This document shows positions 1 to 8,548 of a stretch of DNA of 64,000 nt, piece by piece; within the stretch, counting starts at the first letter, position 1, and every line of letters starts with the position of its first letter. The translations under genes and the position numbers were made by a program. The DNA comes from Sedimentisphaerales bacterium. GTDB lineage: Bacteria > Planctomycetota > Phycisphaerae > Sedimentisphaerales > UBA12454. Location: positions 35,665 to 99,664 of the forward strand of contig JBEKEA010000004.1 of NCBI GenBank assembly GCA_050014075.1, in the 5' to 3' direction. The notes beneath the pieces were generated by a model that had not been told where the DNA came from, did no database searches, and saw only the letters and a program-made list of their open reading frames with translations.

Positions 1-756
1 TTTGTCATTATGGATGTCATTACCGCTCTGACGGATTCAGCCCAACCAAACGGGTATATTAAGGATATGCGCAGAAGAGATATTGAACTTGCCAAAGGGT
101 GGGGGCAAATTGCCACCCCCCTTTCTGTACAAACCGCCGGCGGTATACAAAAATTAAACTGTGCCAATACCGAAGGCATTTTTCGTATAATTCAGTCGAT
201 TCCATCGCATAAGGCGGAGCCTTTTAAGCTTTGGCTGGCCAAAGTCGGCTATGAACGAGTGCAGGAAATCGAAGACCCTGAAATTGCGACTAAACGCACA
301 AGAGCTTTATATAAAGCCAAAGGATATAGCGATGACTGGATTGAAAAACGAATGCGTGGTATCGCTATCCGCGAAGAACTTACCGACGAATGGAAAAATC
401 ATGGTGTCAAAATTGAGAGAGAATACGAAATTTTAACAGCTGAAATATCCAAAGCGGCCTTTGGCCTTACTCCCAGCCAATACAAAAAACTTAAAGGATT
501 AAAACGAGAAAACTTGCGAGATCATATGACTGATTTAGAACTTATTTTTTCAATGCTTGGGGAGGCTTCAACAACACAGATTACAAGGGTTGAGGACCCC
601 GATGGTTTTGATGAAAATAAAAGCGTCGCGCAGCGAGGAGGAAATGTTGCTGGTATAGCGCGGAAAAAACTCGAACAGGAAACCCATCGCAAGGTGATTA
701 GCAGGGGAAATTATCTCCAAAAACCACAAAACAAGAGACTTAAAGATAATAAATAA
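1..756 (+). CDS. Bro-N domain (phage antirepressor-like) DNA-binding protein, 5'-truncated by window edge
   Basis: Frame is open from base 1 (FVIMDVI...). The IIQSIPSHKAEPFKLWLA and ELTDEW segments are typical of the Bro-N family. Confidence 0.8.
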   Translation, partial: FVIMDVITALTDSAQPNGYIKDMRRRDIELAKGWGQIATPLSVQTAGGIQKLNCANTEGIFRIIQSIPSHKAEPFKLWLAKVGYERVQEIEDPEIATKRTRALYKAKGYSDDWIEKRMRGIAIREELTDEWKNHGVKIEREYEILTAEISKAAFGLTPSQYKKLKGLKRENLRDHMTDLELIFSMLGEASTTQITRVEDPDGFDENKSVAQRGGNVAGIARKKLEQETHRKVISRGNYLQKPQNKRLKDNK

Positions 757-757
757 T

Positions 758-856
758 GTAGATTTTGATACACGAACGGGACACAATCACGGAACAAAAT
801 TCCGGCTGAGACAAGATAAATTTCCAGAGTTATATGAGGATATACAAACTATTTGA
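758..856 (+). pseudogene. 3'-terminal remnant of an MvaI/BcnI-family restriction endonuclease gene
   Basis: Manual translation gives VDFDTRTGHNHGTKFRLRQDKFPELYEDIQTI*, with no start codon. GHNHGTKFR resembles the C-terminal H-x-H-G-T-x-F-R motif of this family (from memory). Confidence 0.6.
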
Positions 857-877
857 AGAGAATCATCCGCGAAACTT

Positions 878-905
878 GTCCGCCATAGCTCGTAGCGCGG
901 CGGAT
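878..905. repeat. REP-like imperfect palindrome
   Basis: tccgcc-atagctcgtagcgc-ggcgga: 6-bp inverted arms, the same arms as at 1763-1777 and 16538-16552. Confidence 0.55.
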
Positions 906-1070
906 GCCTTAGTGGCTATCTTACCCCATAAAAAATCCAAACGCAACATTACTTATTTACTTCTACTCTGCCTTACAGCAGCGTTTATTGCTTTAAGGAG
1001 CATCTGCGTAGCAGAAAATTCAGAACGATGTGCCGACGTCAAGGTTTTGAAAACTATGCCGTAACAGTGT

Positions 1071-1194
1071 TTTGTTTCAACAAAAAGGCTATTTTAAGCC
1101 CGTGGACAAAGCATAACGGCTGGCACAAAAGCTCGCTTTGAGCAAAGCCTTTGCTTTGAACACGAAAGTTATTCGTATAACTTGTTGAAACAAA
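1071..1194. repeat. 124-bp element bounded by perfect 13-bp inverted repeats (MITE-like)
   Basis: tttgtttcaacaa (1071-1083) and ttgttgaaacaaa (1182-1194). Confidence 0.5.
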
Positions 1195-1200
1195 CAGTAC

Positions 1201-1474
1201 AAATCCGTGTCTAATTTTTTTCTCTGTGCGTTCTGTGTTCTCTGTGGCTAATATCTTCGTGCTCCTTCTTTTCTTCGTGGTTCAAAAAAATCCGCGTCAT
1301 CCGCGAAATCCGCGGTTAAATTCCCGACATTAAAGACAAACTCGCAAGTTTGTCCTGAGCTTGCCGAAGGATATCATTAATATAATTAAAGACATTGTGG
1401 AGTACTCAATCTAAAATTAAAAAAACGTCAAAATCATCAAAAATCCGTGCAAATCCGTGTAATCCGCGGTTAAA
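1201..1474 (+). repeat. Cluster of 9-bp-period triplet repeats plus a REP-like hairpin
   Basis: ctctgtgcg/ttctgtgtt/ctctgtggc (1222-1248); atccgcgtc/atccgcgaa/atccgcggt (1290-1316); atccgtgca/atccgtgta/atccgcggt (1443-1470); tcctgagcttgccgaagga (1353-1371). Confidence 0.7.
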
Positions 1475-1743
1475 TAATCAAAAAAAATGAAAAATTTTCA
1501 ATTTTTAGACTAAAACTTGTCCCTGCAAACACTTACAACCGAAATTTTTTAAAAATCCTCATTTTTACCTTAAAAACACTGTTTTTAAATCTTAAAACTA
1601 TCACAAAATGCTGAATTTCCATTCATAAACAATTAAAAACCTCCATTTTGCGCAAAAATTCTGTTAAATTCTGTTAAACTGTAACGACTGGGCAATCTGG
1701 CTCAAATTCCAGTACACTATATATAGTATCAAGCATTTTTTCC

Positions 1744-1793
1744 TATCAACTATCAACTTTTATCCGCCTCAGGCGGAATCAACTATCAACTAT
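1744..1793. repeat. 7-bp tandem repeat (tatcaac) interrupted by a tccgcc-tca-ggcgga palindrome
   Basis: Read directly from the sequence. Confidence 0.7.
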
Positions 1794-1836
1794 TACATTG
1801 ACCTTGCAATCAAATAAGCATAAACTTTAACCCCTT

Positions 1837-2703
1837 ATGACGACAAGGAAGATGATTATAAATGCTGATGACTTCGGGCTTTGCGAAGGCGTGAACAGGG
1901 CTGTTTACGAGGCGCATACCCACGGCGTACTGACCAGCGCAACGATTATGGCTAATATGCCGGCGGTTGATGAGGCAATAACGATTGCGAGAAAAACGCC
2001 GAGCCTGGGCGTTGGGGTTCATTTAAATGTGACGGAAGGTTCGCCGATTTCGGCGGCGAGCAAAGTTAGGGCGATTGTCGGCGAAGATGGGAAATTCAAA
2101 TACTCGGCATATACGTTTGTGATGAAAAGCCTTGTGGATAAAGGGGTGCTTGGGGCTTTGGAAGTAGAACTTGCAGCGCAGATTGAGTCGATTATCGATA
2201 AAGGGGTAGTGCCGACGCATCTGGATTCGCATAAACACTTCCATTGCTTTGGGCCTATATATAGGATAGTATGTTCGCTGGCCGAGCGATATAAAATCCC
2301 TGCAATTCGCTGGCCTTGGGAGCCTGCGACGGTTGGATATGGCGATTGGCCGCGGGTAGGAGGGTTCGGCGATAAGATGCGGGCGATGCTGTTGCGGTAT
2401 TTAACGCTGAACTGTCAGAAGATTGGCAGCAGGTTTATAAAGAATGATATTTTCTTCGGCGTTTTGCATACTGGCAGGATTGACGATAAATTCTGGGCGG
2501 AAATCGGCAAGACGCAGTTTGAAGGCGTGGCGGAGGTAATGACGCATCCGGGATATCCGAATGGGCTGACGCATACGCGGCTTGTTAATGAGCGGGAAGT
2601 TGAGCTGAAGTGGCTTTGCGATGCGACGACGAAAAAGATTCTTAACGAAGCGGGAATTGAGCTAACTCACTACGGAAAGTTAGCAGGAAGTGAAAATGAG
2701 TGA
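1837..2703 (+). CDS. YdjC/ChbG/HpnK-family carbohydrate deacetylase
   Basis: IINADDFG, GVGVHLN, HLDSHKHFH and EVMTHPG motifs. Confidence 0.9.
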   Translation: MTTRKMIINADDFGLCEGVNRAVYEAHTHGVLTSATIMANMPAVDEAITIARKTPSLGVGVHLNVTEGSPISAASKVRAIVGEDGKFKYSAYTFVMKSLVDKGVLGALEVELAAQIESIIDKGVVPTHLDSHKHFHCFGPIYRIVCSLAERYKIPAIRWPWEPATVGYGDWPRVGGFGDKMRAMLLRYLTLNCQKIGSRFIKNDIFFGVLHTGRIDDKFWAEIGKTQFEGVAEVMTHPGYPNGLTHTRLVNEREVELKWLCDATTKKILNEAGIELTHYGKLAGSENE

Positions 2704-3667
2704 AGCAAGCGTGAAATATTCGGTTGTTGTGCCGCTGTATAACGAAGAGGCGGTAGTGCAGGAGCTTTATGAGCGTCTGACGCGAGTAATGAAACAGCTT
2801 GGCGGAAGCTATGAGCTTGTGCTTGTCGAAGACGGAAGCACAGACGCGACGATTGAGAAGCTAAAAGAGATTGCCGAGAAGGATGAGCATGTTGTAGTGG
2901 TCCAACTTCGGCGGAATTTCGGGCAGACGCCAGCGCTTGCGGCGGGATTCGATTGCTCGCGGGGCGAAGTGATAGTCAGTATGGATGGGGATTTGCAGCA
3001 TTTGCCGGAGGAGATACCGGCGTTCCTGGAAAAGATTGACGAGGGATATGACGTTGTCAGCGGATGGCGCGAGAAGCGGGTCGATAATCTTATTATGCGA
3101 AAGATACCGAGCAGGGCGGCGAACTGGCTGGCGTCGAAAATCAGCGGAGTGGATATTCATGATTTCGGCACGACGTTTAAGGCATACAAACGGCAGATAA
3201 TTCAGGATTTGCGGCTGTATGGCGAGATGCATCGATTTATACCGGCGCTTGTTTCGTCCAGCGGGGCGAAAATTATCGAAATACCAATCAAGAATATTGA
3301 AAGGCAGGCGGGCAAGAGCAATTACGGGATATCGCGGACGTTCAGGGTAGCATTTGATTTGATTACGTTGCGGTTTTTGCTGGGATATATTACGCGGCCG
3401 CTGCATTTTTTCGGCAAGGCAGCATTTTACTGCATTGTGACGGCGTGTCTGATTTTCGGTTATGTTCTTTTCGATAAATTTTATTTTAATGTTCCGATAT
3501 TTATAGCGCACGGGCCGCTGACGGCGGCGGGGATTAGTCTTTCGCTTATGGGTTTGATTTTTATTTCGACGGGATTGCTGGGCGAGATGATAAGCAGAGT
3601 TTATTTTGAGGCGACCGACAGAAAAATTTACGCGGTCAGAAAAATTTTCAGGAAACAAAGCAGGTAA
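2696..3667 (+). CDS. GT2 polyprenyl-phosphate glycosyltransferase (ArnC-like)
   Basis: SVVVPLYNEE, EDGSTD, RRNFGQTPA, MDGDLQH, two C-terminal TM helices. ATG at 2696 follows aggaag. Confidence 0.9.
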   Translation: MSEASVKYSVVVPLYNEEAVVQELYERLTRVMKQLGGSYELVLVEDGSTDATIEKLKEIAEKDEHVVVVQLRRNFGQTPALAAGFDCSRGEVIVSMDGDLQHLPEEIPAFLEKIDEGYDVVSGWREKRVDNLIMRKIPSRAANWLASKISGVDIHDFGTTFKAYKRQIIQDLRLYGEMHRFIPALVSSSGAKIIEIPIKNIERQAGKSNYGISRTFRVAFDLITLRFLLGYITRPLHFFGKAAFYCIVTACLIFGYVLFDKFYFNVPIFIAHGPLTAAGISLSLMGLIFISTGLLGEMISRVYFEATDRKIYAVRKIFRKQSR

Positions 3668-3676
3668 GGTGCAGGA

Positions 3677-4228
3677 ATGAAAAAAAAGAAAAGTCCAATT
3701 TTTGTATGGCTGTGGCTGATAGTAATAATTCTGTTTATAACCGGACTTGTGAAACATTTCAGTATAAAGAATTTCCAGGTGATAACGCCGGGTGTGCTTT
3801 ATACGAGCGGCCAGCCGCGGGGAATGGATTATACACGGTTATTATATAAGTATCATATCGCGACGTTTGTAAACCTTCGCAGCCCAAGCGAACATCGTGA
3901 AGCAAACTGGTATAGCGAGGAAACAGCGTGGATGAGGAGTAACGGCGCAAAATATATAGAACTGCCGGTGGAAAAAGATGTTCTTGACGACGGGATACCC
4001 AATACGGAGGCATCGCGTAAATTTCTGGAGATTATGAGCGACAGCGGCAATCTGCCGGTGCTTTTGCATGACAGCAGCGGCAAAAACAGGGTTTCATACC
4101 TGGCGTCGATATGGATGTTAAAGTCCGGCAATTTTACCCTGGAGCAGACGATAGAAAAGATTAAGAAAATAAAAAACCAGCCGCTAACGGAGCAGGAAAC
4201 GAATTTTGTGAAATCTCTTGCGCATTAG
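3677..4228 (+). CDS. Membrane-anchored dual-specificity/tyrosine phosphatase-fold protein, catalytic Cys replaced (HDSSGKNR)
   Basis: N-terminal TM; NF..ITPGVLYTSGQP; VNLR; P-loop PVLLHDSSGKNR versus canonical HCxxGxxR. Confidence 0.75.
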   Translation: MKKKKSPIFVWLWLIVIILFITGLVKHFSIKNFQVITPGVLYTSGQPRGMDYTRLLYKYHIATFVNLRSPSEHREANWYSEETAWMRSNGAKYIELPVEKDVLDDGIPNTEASRKFLEIMSDSGNLPVLLHDSSGKNRVSYLASIWMLKSGNFTLEQTIEKIKKIKNQPLTEQETNFVKSLAH

Positions 4229-4234
4229 GCAAGC

Positions 4235-5845
4235 TTAATTTTTGTGGAAGAGGGCTCCTTCGGTATCATTTGAACCGCTGCGTTCGGCAATTTGCTGATA
4301 AAAAACAGAATTAAACCTGCCATCTGCAATTAATTTTTTGTAGTCGTTGCCGGTAGCAATAATATACTGGCCGTCTTCATATTTTTTGTAAATCTCGGCA
4401 ATATCAGTGATTTTAGGAATGATTCTGCCTGTATAATGAATTGTGCGGGCAGAGGCGCCATTATAAGCGATAAGTTTTTCATTTGGGGCGACGATTTTGC
4501 CGATTTTCAACGCAAAAATTCTCGAAGGATTATTGTAATCCATCGGGACGAAAAAATAAGTAAAGAACATCATTATAATTGCGCAATAGCCGGCGAAAAG
4601 CAGAACAGTCGCGGCGATTTTGCGCTTTTGGACAAACAAAATAATCACAAGGGCGGCGATAATACAAAACATCAAAAAGATATGAATCGCGGGCCAGATA
4701 AAAGATTTTTCACTGGTTAGTGTCCAGTATATAAGTCCAATTACTCCGGCGGCAAAAACGATTGAATGGCCGGTAAAAAACAATTTAACATATTTAAGAC
4801 TGAAAACTCTATTCTCAAATATCATATCGTGCAGACAAATCGCGGCTAAAATAGAAAAAGCGGGAATTGCCGGCAGGATGTAGTGTTGGCGTTTTCCGCC
4901 GGAGATGCTCATAACCACAAGCTGTATAACTAACCATAACCACAGATACCCCATAACCGGCTTTTTTTTGTCCCAGATGGAACGGAAAGGCTCTATAACC
5001 GCGTGAGGCACAAAAGCGGAAAAAGGAGCGGTAAACACAAAGATAATTACCAGATAAAACCAGAACGGTTTTTGGCCTGAGGCGAAATCGCCCGCAAAGC
5101 GGTCAATGAATTCTCTTTTCCAGAAGGCAATGCTGCCGGTGGTTTTGGAGGCAATCATAAACAGCCAGGGCAGAACAATCAGAAGGAATAAAATCGTACC
5201 GATTATCGGCAGGGCGAGTTTTACTTTGTCCCATTTCCTGGAAATGGCGAAATAAAGAAAAATCGGCGGTGCAACAAGAGCCAGCGGAGCAGGACCTTTT
5301 GCGAGCATACCCAGGGAGAAACTAAGCCAGAAGACAAGCATATAGAGAACCTGCTGACGACGAGATTTTGACTCCATCGCGGTGTAAAAACTCATCATAG
5401 AAATGGTAACCAGCGAACAAAGCAGCATTTCGGGCCTGCCATTGTGCGAATATCTGATAAACCCCAGAGTTGAAATCCAAACGGCAGTTGAAAGAATCGC
5501 AATGGGAAACTGGAACCATTTGGCGGTGAAGAATAAAATAACCGCGGCAGAAAGAACGGCGGATGCAGCGCTTGGCAGACGAGTTGAAAACTCATCGACA
5601 GTGCCGGTAATTTTGGCAATAGAGGCGACAAGCCAATAGCTAAGCGGAGTTTTTTGCAGTCGCACCTGGCCGTTGAATTTGGGCAAAATCCAGTCACCGG
5701 TCTGGAGCATTTCTCTTGCGGTTACGGATACGAGGCACTCGTGATTGTCCAGCGGGCTATCAGAAAGCGTCCAAAAGGCAGCAACGACAGCATAAACCAT
5801 AACTGCGACAACCCAAAGAATCTTTGAGTTATTAGTTTCAATCAT
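4235..5845 (-). CDS. ArnT/GT83-like (GT-C) lipid-carrier-dependent glycosyltransferase
   Basis: HECLVSVTAREML..GDW..P..NG..RLQKTPL.YWL, LAKGP and KRQHYILP motifs; multiple TM helices. Confidence 0.85.
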   Translation of the reverse strand: MIETNNSKILWVVAVMVYAVVAAFWTLSDSPLDNHECLVSVTAREMLQTGDWILPKFNGQVRLQKTPLSYWLVASIAKITGTVDEFSTRLPSAASAVLSAAVILFFTAKWFQFPIAILSTAVWISTLGFIRYSHNGRPEMLLCSLVTISMMSFYTAMESKSRRQQVLYMLVFWLSFSLGMLAKGPAPLALVAPPIFLYFAISRKWDKVKLALPIIGTILFLLIVLPWLFMIASKTTGSIAFWKREFIDRFAGDFASGQKPFWFYLVIIFVFTAPFSAFVPHAVIEPFRSIWDKKKPVMGYLWLWLVIQLVVMSISGGKRQHYILPAIPAFSILAAICLHDMIFENRVFSLKYVKLFFTGHSIVFAAGVIGLIYWTLTSEKSFIWPAIHIFLMFCIIAALVIILFVQKRKIAATVLLFAGYCAIIMMFFTYFFVPMDYNNPSRIFALKIGKIVAPNEKLIAYNGASARTIHYTGRIIPKITDIAEIYKKYEDGQYIIATGNDYKKLIADGRFNSVFYQQIAERSGSNDTEGALFHKN

Positions 5846-5846
5846 A

Positions 5847-6572
5847 TTATTTTATCAAAATCCTTTTTGCTGTCAGGACGGCAGCAAAAGCAATTGCCGC
5901 CGTTTCAACTCTCAATATCGTATCGGTAAGTCTTACGGATTGCGCGTTAATTTTTTTCAGCATATTTTCTTCAGCTTCCGCCAGGCCGCCTTCAGGACCA
6001 ATGAAAGCTATTATATCATATTCATCGAGATTAAAAATTGTAATTGATTTAGCATCAGATGTCAAAGAACCGAAAATAATTTTAGCGCCTGGATAATCAG
6101 TTTTCAATTTTTCGAGTACATCTTTGAAATCCGCGGGTTTGTCGATTACAGGCAGAAATAACCTTTGACACTGTTTTGCCGATTCGAGAGCGATTGTATC
6201 GAGCCGTTGCTGCTGAATTGATTGCTTTGCAGTCCTTTCGAAAATGACAGGGACAATCCGGTCAACGCCTAATTCGGTACATTTTGCCACAAGCATCTCA
6301 AAACGCTCGCCTTTGGCAATACTGGACGCTATTATGATTCTGTTTTTTTGAGGTTTTGGATAATTTTTAGTATCTTTAATGGTCAGTCGGACAAGATTTT
6401 TTTCTATTTTGTCAATAACAGCCTGTGCGATAGTTCCGCTGCCGTCGAACAATTCGACAGAATCACCATTTTTTAGCCTGAGAACTTTTTTGAGGTGGCG
6501 AAACTGGTCGCCGGTAAGAACTGCGCCGGTGTCCTGATTAATCGTATTACAGAAAAATCTTGCCGTTCTCAT
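5847..6572 (-). CDS. rsmE: 16S rRNA m3U1498 methyltransferase
   Basis: HLKKVLRL, KCTELGVD, FIGPEGGL, ILRVETAA. Confidence 0.95.
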   Translation of the reverse strand: MRTARFFCNTINQDTGAVLTGDQFRHLKKVLRLKNGDSVELFDGSGTIAQAVIDKIEKNLVRLTIKDTKNYPKPQKNRIIIASSIAKGERFEMLVAKCTELGVDRIVPVIFERTAKQSIQQQRLDTIALESAKQCQRLFLPVIDKPADFKDVLEKLKTDYPGAKIIFGSLTSDAKSITIFNLDEYDIIAFIGPEGGLAEAEENMLKKINAQSVRLTDTILRVETAAIAFAAVLTAKRILIK

Positions 6573-7375
6573 AATGGGGCATTTGAAACCGTTCCATTGC
6601 CCAGGAATTCGGCGATTTTATTGTAGTCTTCGGCGCCGTGACAGGCCGGTTCGTATTCGAAAATGGTTTTACCGTAGCTTGGGGCTTCGGCGAGTTTGAT
6701 ATTTCTTCGTACAAAGGAGGGAATAATTTTGGCATTGCTCCAGGGGCACTGATTAGTACGGGCGCTGTCGAGGAATTTATCGATATCGCTTTTAATCTCT
6801 TCCGAAAGCGAAGTTCTGCTGTCGAACATACAGAGAAGTATTCCGCTTACCTTGAGGGAAGGATTAATTCTTTTACTGACAAGCGTAATGGTCTGGAGCA
6901 GTTTTCCCAGACCCTGGAGTGCGAGAAAATGCGGCTGGAGCGGGATAATAACTTCTTCCGCGGCGGCAAGAGCGTTTAAAGTTAAAAGGCCCAGCGAAGG
7001 AGGACAATCGATAATCAGATAGTCGAAATTAAGTTTTGATTTTGCGATAGCTTCGCGAAAGATGATTTCTCTGCCGACGACGCTGACAAGTTCGCTTTCT
7101 GCTCCGACAAGGTGAATATTGGAACCAAGCAAAAAGAGGTTTGGCCTTGCTTCGATAAGAGCCTGGTCAAAATCGGCAGAGCCGGTCAGTACCTTGTATG
7201 TGCCGAACTCGACTTTGTCAGGCTCGATGCCGAGATGTATTGTAAGATGTGCCTGCGGGTCAAAATCGGCAACGACGACTTTTGCCCCCTTTTGCGCCAG
7301 AGCTGCAGCGATGTTGACGACTGAGGTTGTCTTTCCTACGCCGCCTTTCTGGTTGAGTAAGACTATTTTTCGCAT
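6569..7375 (-). CDS. parA: ParA/Soj-family ATPase
   Basis: NQKGGVGKTT deviant Walker A, DFDPQAH, IDCPPSLG, LAEAPSYG. Confidence 0.9.
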   Translation of the reverse strand: MRKIVLLNQKGGVGKTTSVVNIAAALAQKGAKVVVADFDPQAHLTIHLGIEPDKVEFGTYKVLTGSADFDQALIEARPNLFLLGSNIHLVGAESELVSVVGREIIFREAIAKSKLNFDYLIIDCPPSLGLLTLNALAAAEEVIIPLQPHFLALQGLGKLLQTITLVSKRINPSLKVSGILLCMFDSRTSLSEEIKSDIDKFLDSARTNQCPWSNAKIIPSFVRRNIKLAEAPSYGKTIFEYEPACHGAEDYNKIAEFLGNGTVSNAPL

Positions 7376-7803
7376 TTGCTGTCTGAATCCGTTTTTAATT
7401 TTTTATAGATTGCATCCATTACACCATTAACAAATGCCGGCGACGACTCAGCGCTATATTTTTTGGCAAGCTCTATCGCCTCATTAATCACAACTTTAGC
7501 CGGGATGTCCGAACAGTATTTTAACTGGTATGCCCCAAGCCTGAGGATACTTCTGTCAACCTGATTTAATCTCGAAAGCTCCCATTTTGCCGCGGCGGCG
7601 GTAATAAGTTTGTCGCACTCGGCGATGGAGTCCCAAACGCCTTTCGACCATTTTTCCGCGAGCTGTCGAGTAGCGCCGTCATCGGTATTCTCAGAAAAGA
7701 AAACGCCGAGCATCTCCAGGACGGCGGCGCCCTGAACATCCATCTGGCAGATAGCCTGCATAACAAGCTCTCTTGCCTTGGTTCTTCTGTCGGTTGAAGG
7801 CAT
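7363..7803 (-). CDS. nusB: Transcription antitermination factor NusB
   Basis: RTKARELVMQA, DRSILRL, VVINEAIELAKKY, FVNGVMD. Confidence 0.95.
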   Translation of the reverse strand: MPSTDRRTKARELVMQAICQMDVQGAAVLEMLGVFFSENTDDGATRQLAEKWSKGVWDSIAECDKLITAAAAKWELSRLNQVDRSILRLGAYQLKYCSDIPAKVVINEAIELAKKYSAESSPAFVNGVMDAIYKKLKTDSDSKCEK

Positions 7804-7820
7804 ACTAATCCGATTTCTGA

Positions 7821-8285
7821 TTATATTTGAGAGAGCACGTTGACCATTTCTATCGCGCTGGCGGCGGCATTTGCCCCTGCGTTGCCAGACTTGGTGCCTG
7901 CGCGTTCAATCGCCTGCTCAATGGTATCACAGGTAAGGACACCAAAAATTGTCGGTATGCCGGTGTCATAGTTAATCTGGCTGATGCCGCGGCTGACCTG
8001 CTGGCAAACATATTCATAATGATTCGTGTGACCGCGAATAACCACGCCGAGACAGATTACCGCATCGCATTTTCCGCCGGCAGCGAGCTTTTTCGCGACG
8101 GGCGTGATTTCAATCGAGCCTGGAACCCAGACAACTGTAATCTGCCCTTCTTCGGCGCCGTGTCTCTGCAGAGCATCGATAGCGCCTGAAAGAAGTTTAG
8201 AAGAAATAAACTCGTTGAAGCGGCTAATAACTATGGCAAATTTAGCCTTACCTACGATAAGCTTTCCCTGTATCTGTTTAATCAT
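7821..8285 (-). CDS. ribH: 6,7-dimethyl-8-ribityllumazine synthase
   Basis: SRFNEFI, VPGSIE, LGVVIRG.T.HYEYV, FGVLT.D..EQA.ERAG.K.GN. Confidence 0.95.
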   Translation of the reverse strand: MIKQIQGKLIVGKAKFAIVISRFNEFISSKLLSGAIDALQRHGAEEGQITVVWVPGSIEITPVAKKLAAGGKCDAVICLGVVIRGHTNHYEYVCQQVSRGISQINYDTGIPTIFGVLTCDTIEQAIERAGTKSGNAGANAAASAIEMVNVLSQI

Positions 8286-8370
8286 AACCTAATACTCCTT
8301 ATGCAATTAGATAAATTACCCAAGCATTATAAGACCTAAAGCTAAAATTTTCCACAAAAAGGCACATCAT

Positions 8371-8404
8371 AAATTTTAAATTTTAAATTTTAAATTTTAA
8401 ATTG
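8371..8404. repeat. 7-bp tandem repeat (aaatttt)x4 plus partial
   Basis: Read directly in the ribH/TPR intergenic region. Confidence 0.8.
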
Positions 8405-8548
8405 AACATAACTGTTTGGGAAATATAGAGTTATGCATTACAAATTGGTAGTTTTTCACAATTTCTATATAGAATTATTTGAGCATTAACCGCATTCTTT
8501 TTTGTGCCGATTAAAAATGGGATAACTTTTTATGCACAGGGATATTAT

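Noticed and set aside
834-1064. 76-aa ORF in the track
   Set aside because: It overlaps the nuclease remnant and a REP palindrome, has no RBS and no recognisable family; probably spurious.
1035-1070. LRHSF on the minus strand, resembling a tyrosine recombinase motif
   Set aside because: Five residues in a short closed frame with no other integrase motif.
1201-1474. Possible CRISPR array
   Set aside because: Units are 9 bp, degenerate and lack unique spacers; no cas genes.
2861-3757. 298-aa antisense ORF and the many other 60-180-aa overlapping ORFs in the track
   Set aside because: They lie opposite or within well-supported genes and have no motifs; treated as shadow ORFs.
8286-8548. FMN riboswitch upstream of ribH
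   Set aside because: The region is very AT-rich and shows none of the conserved RFN stems.
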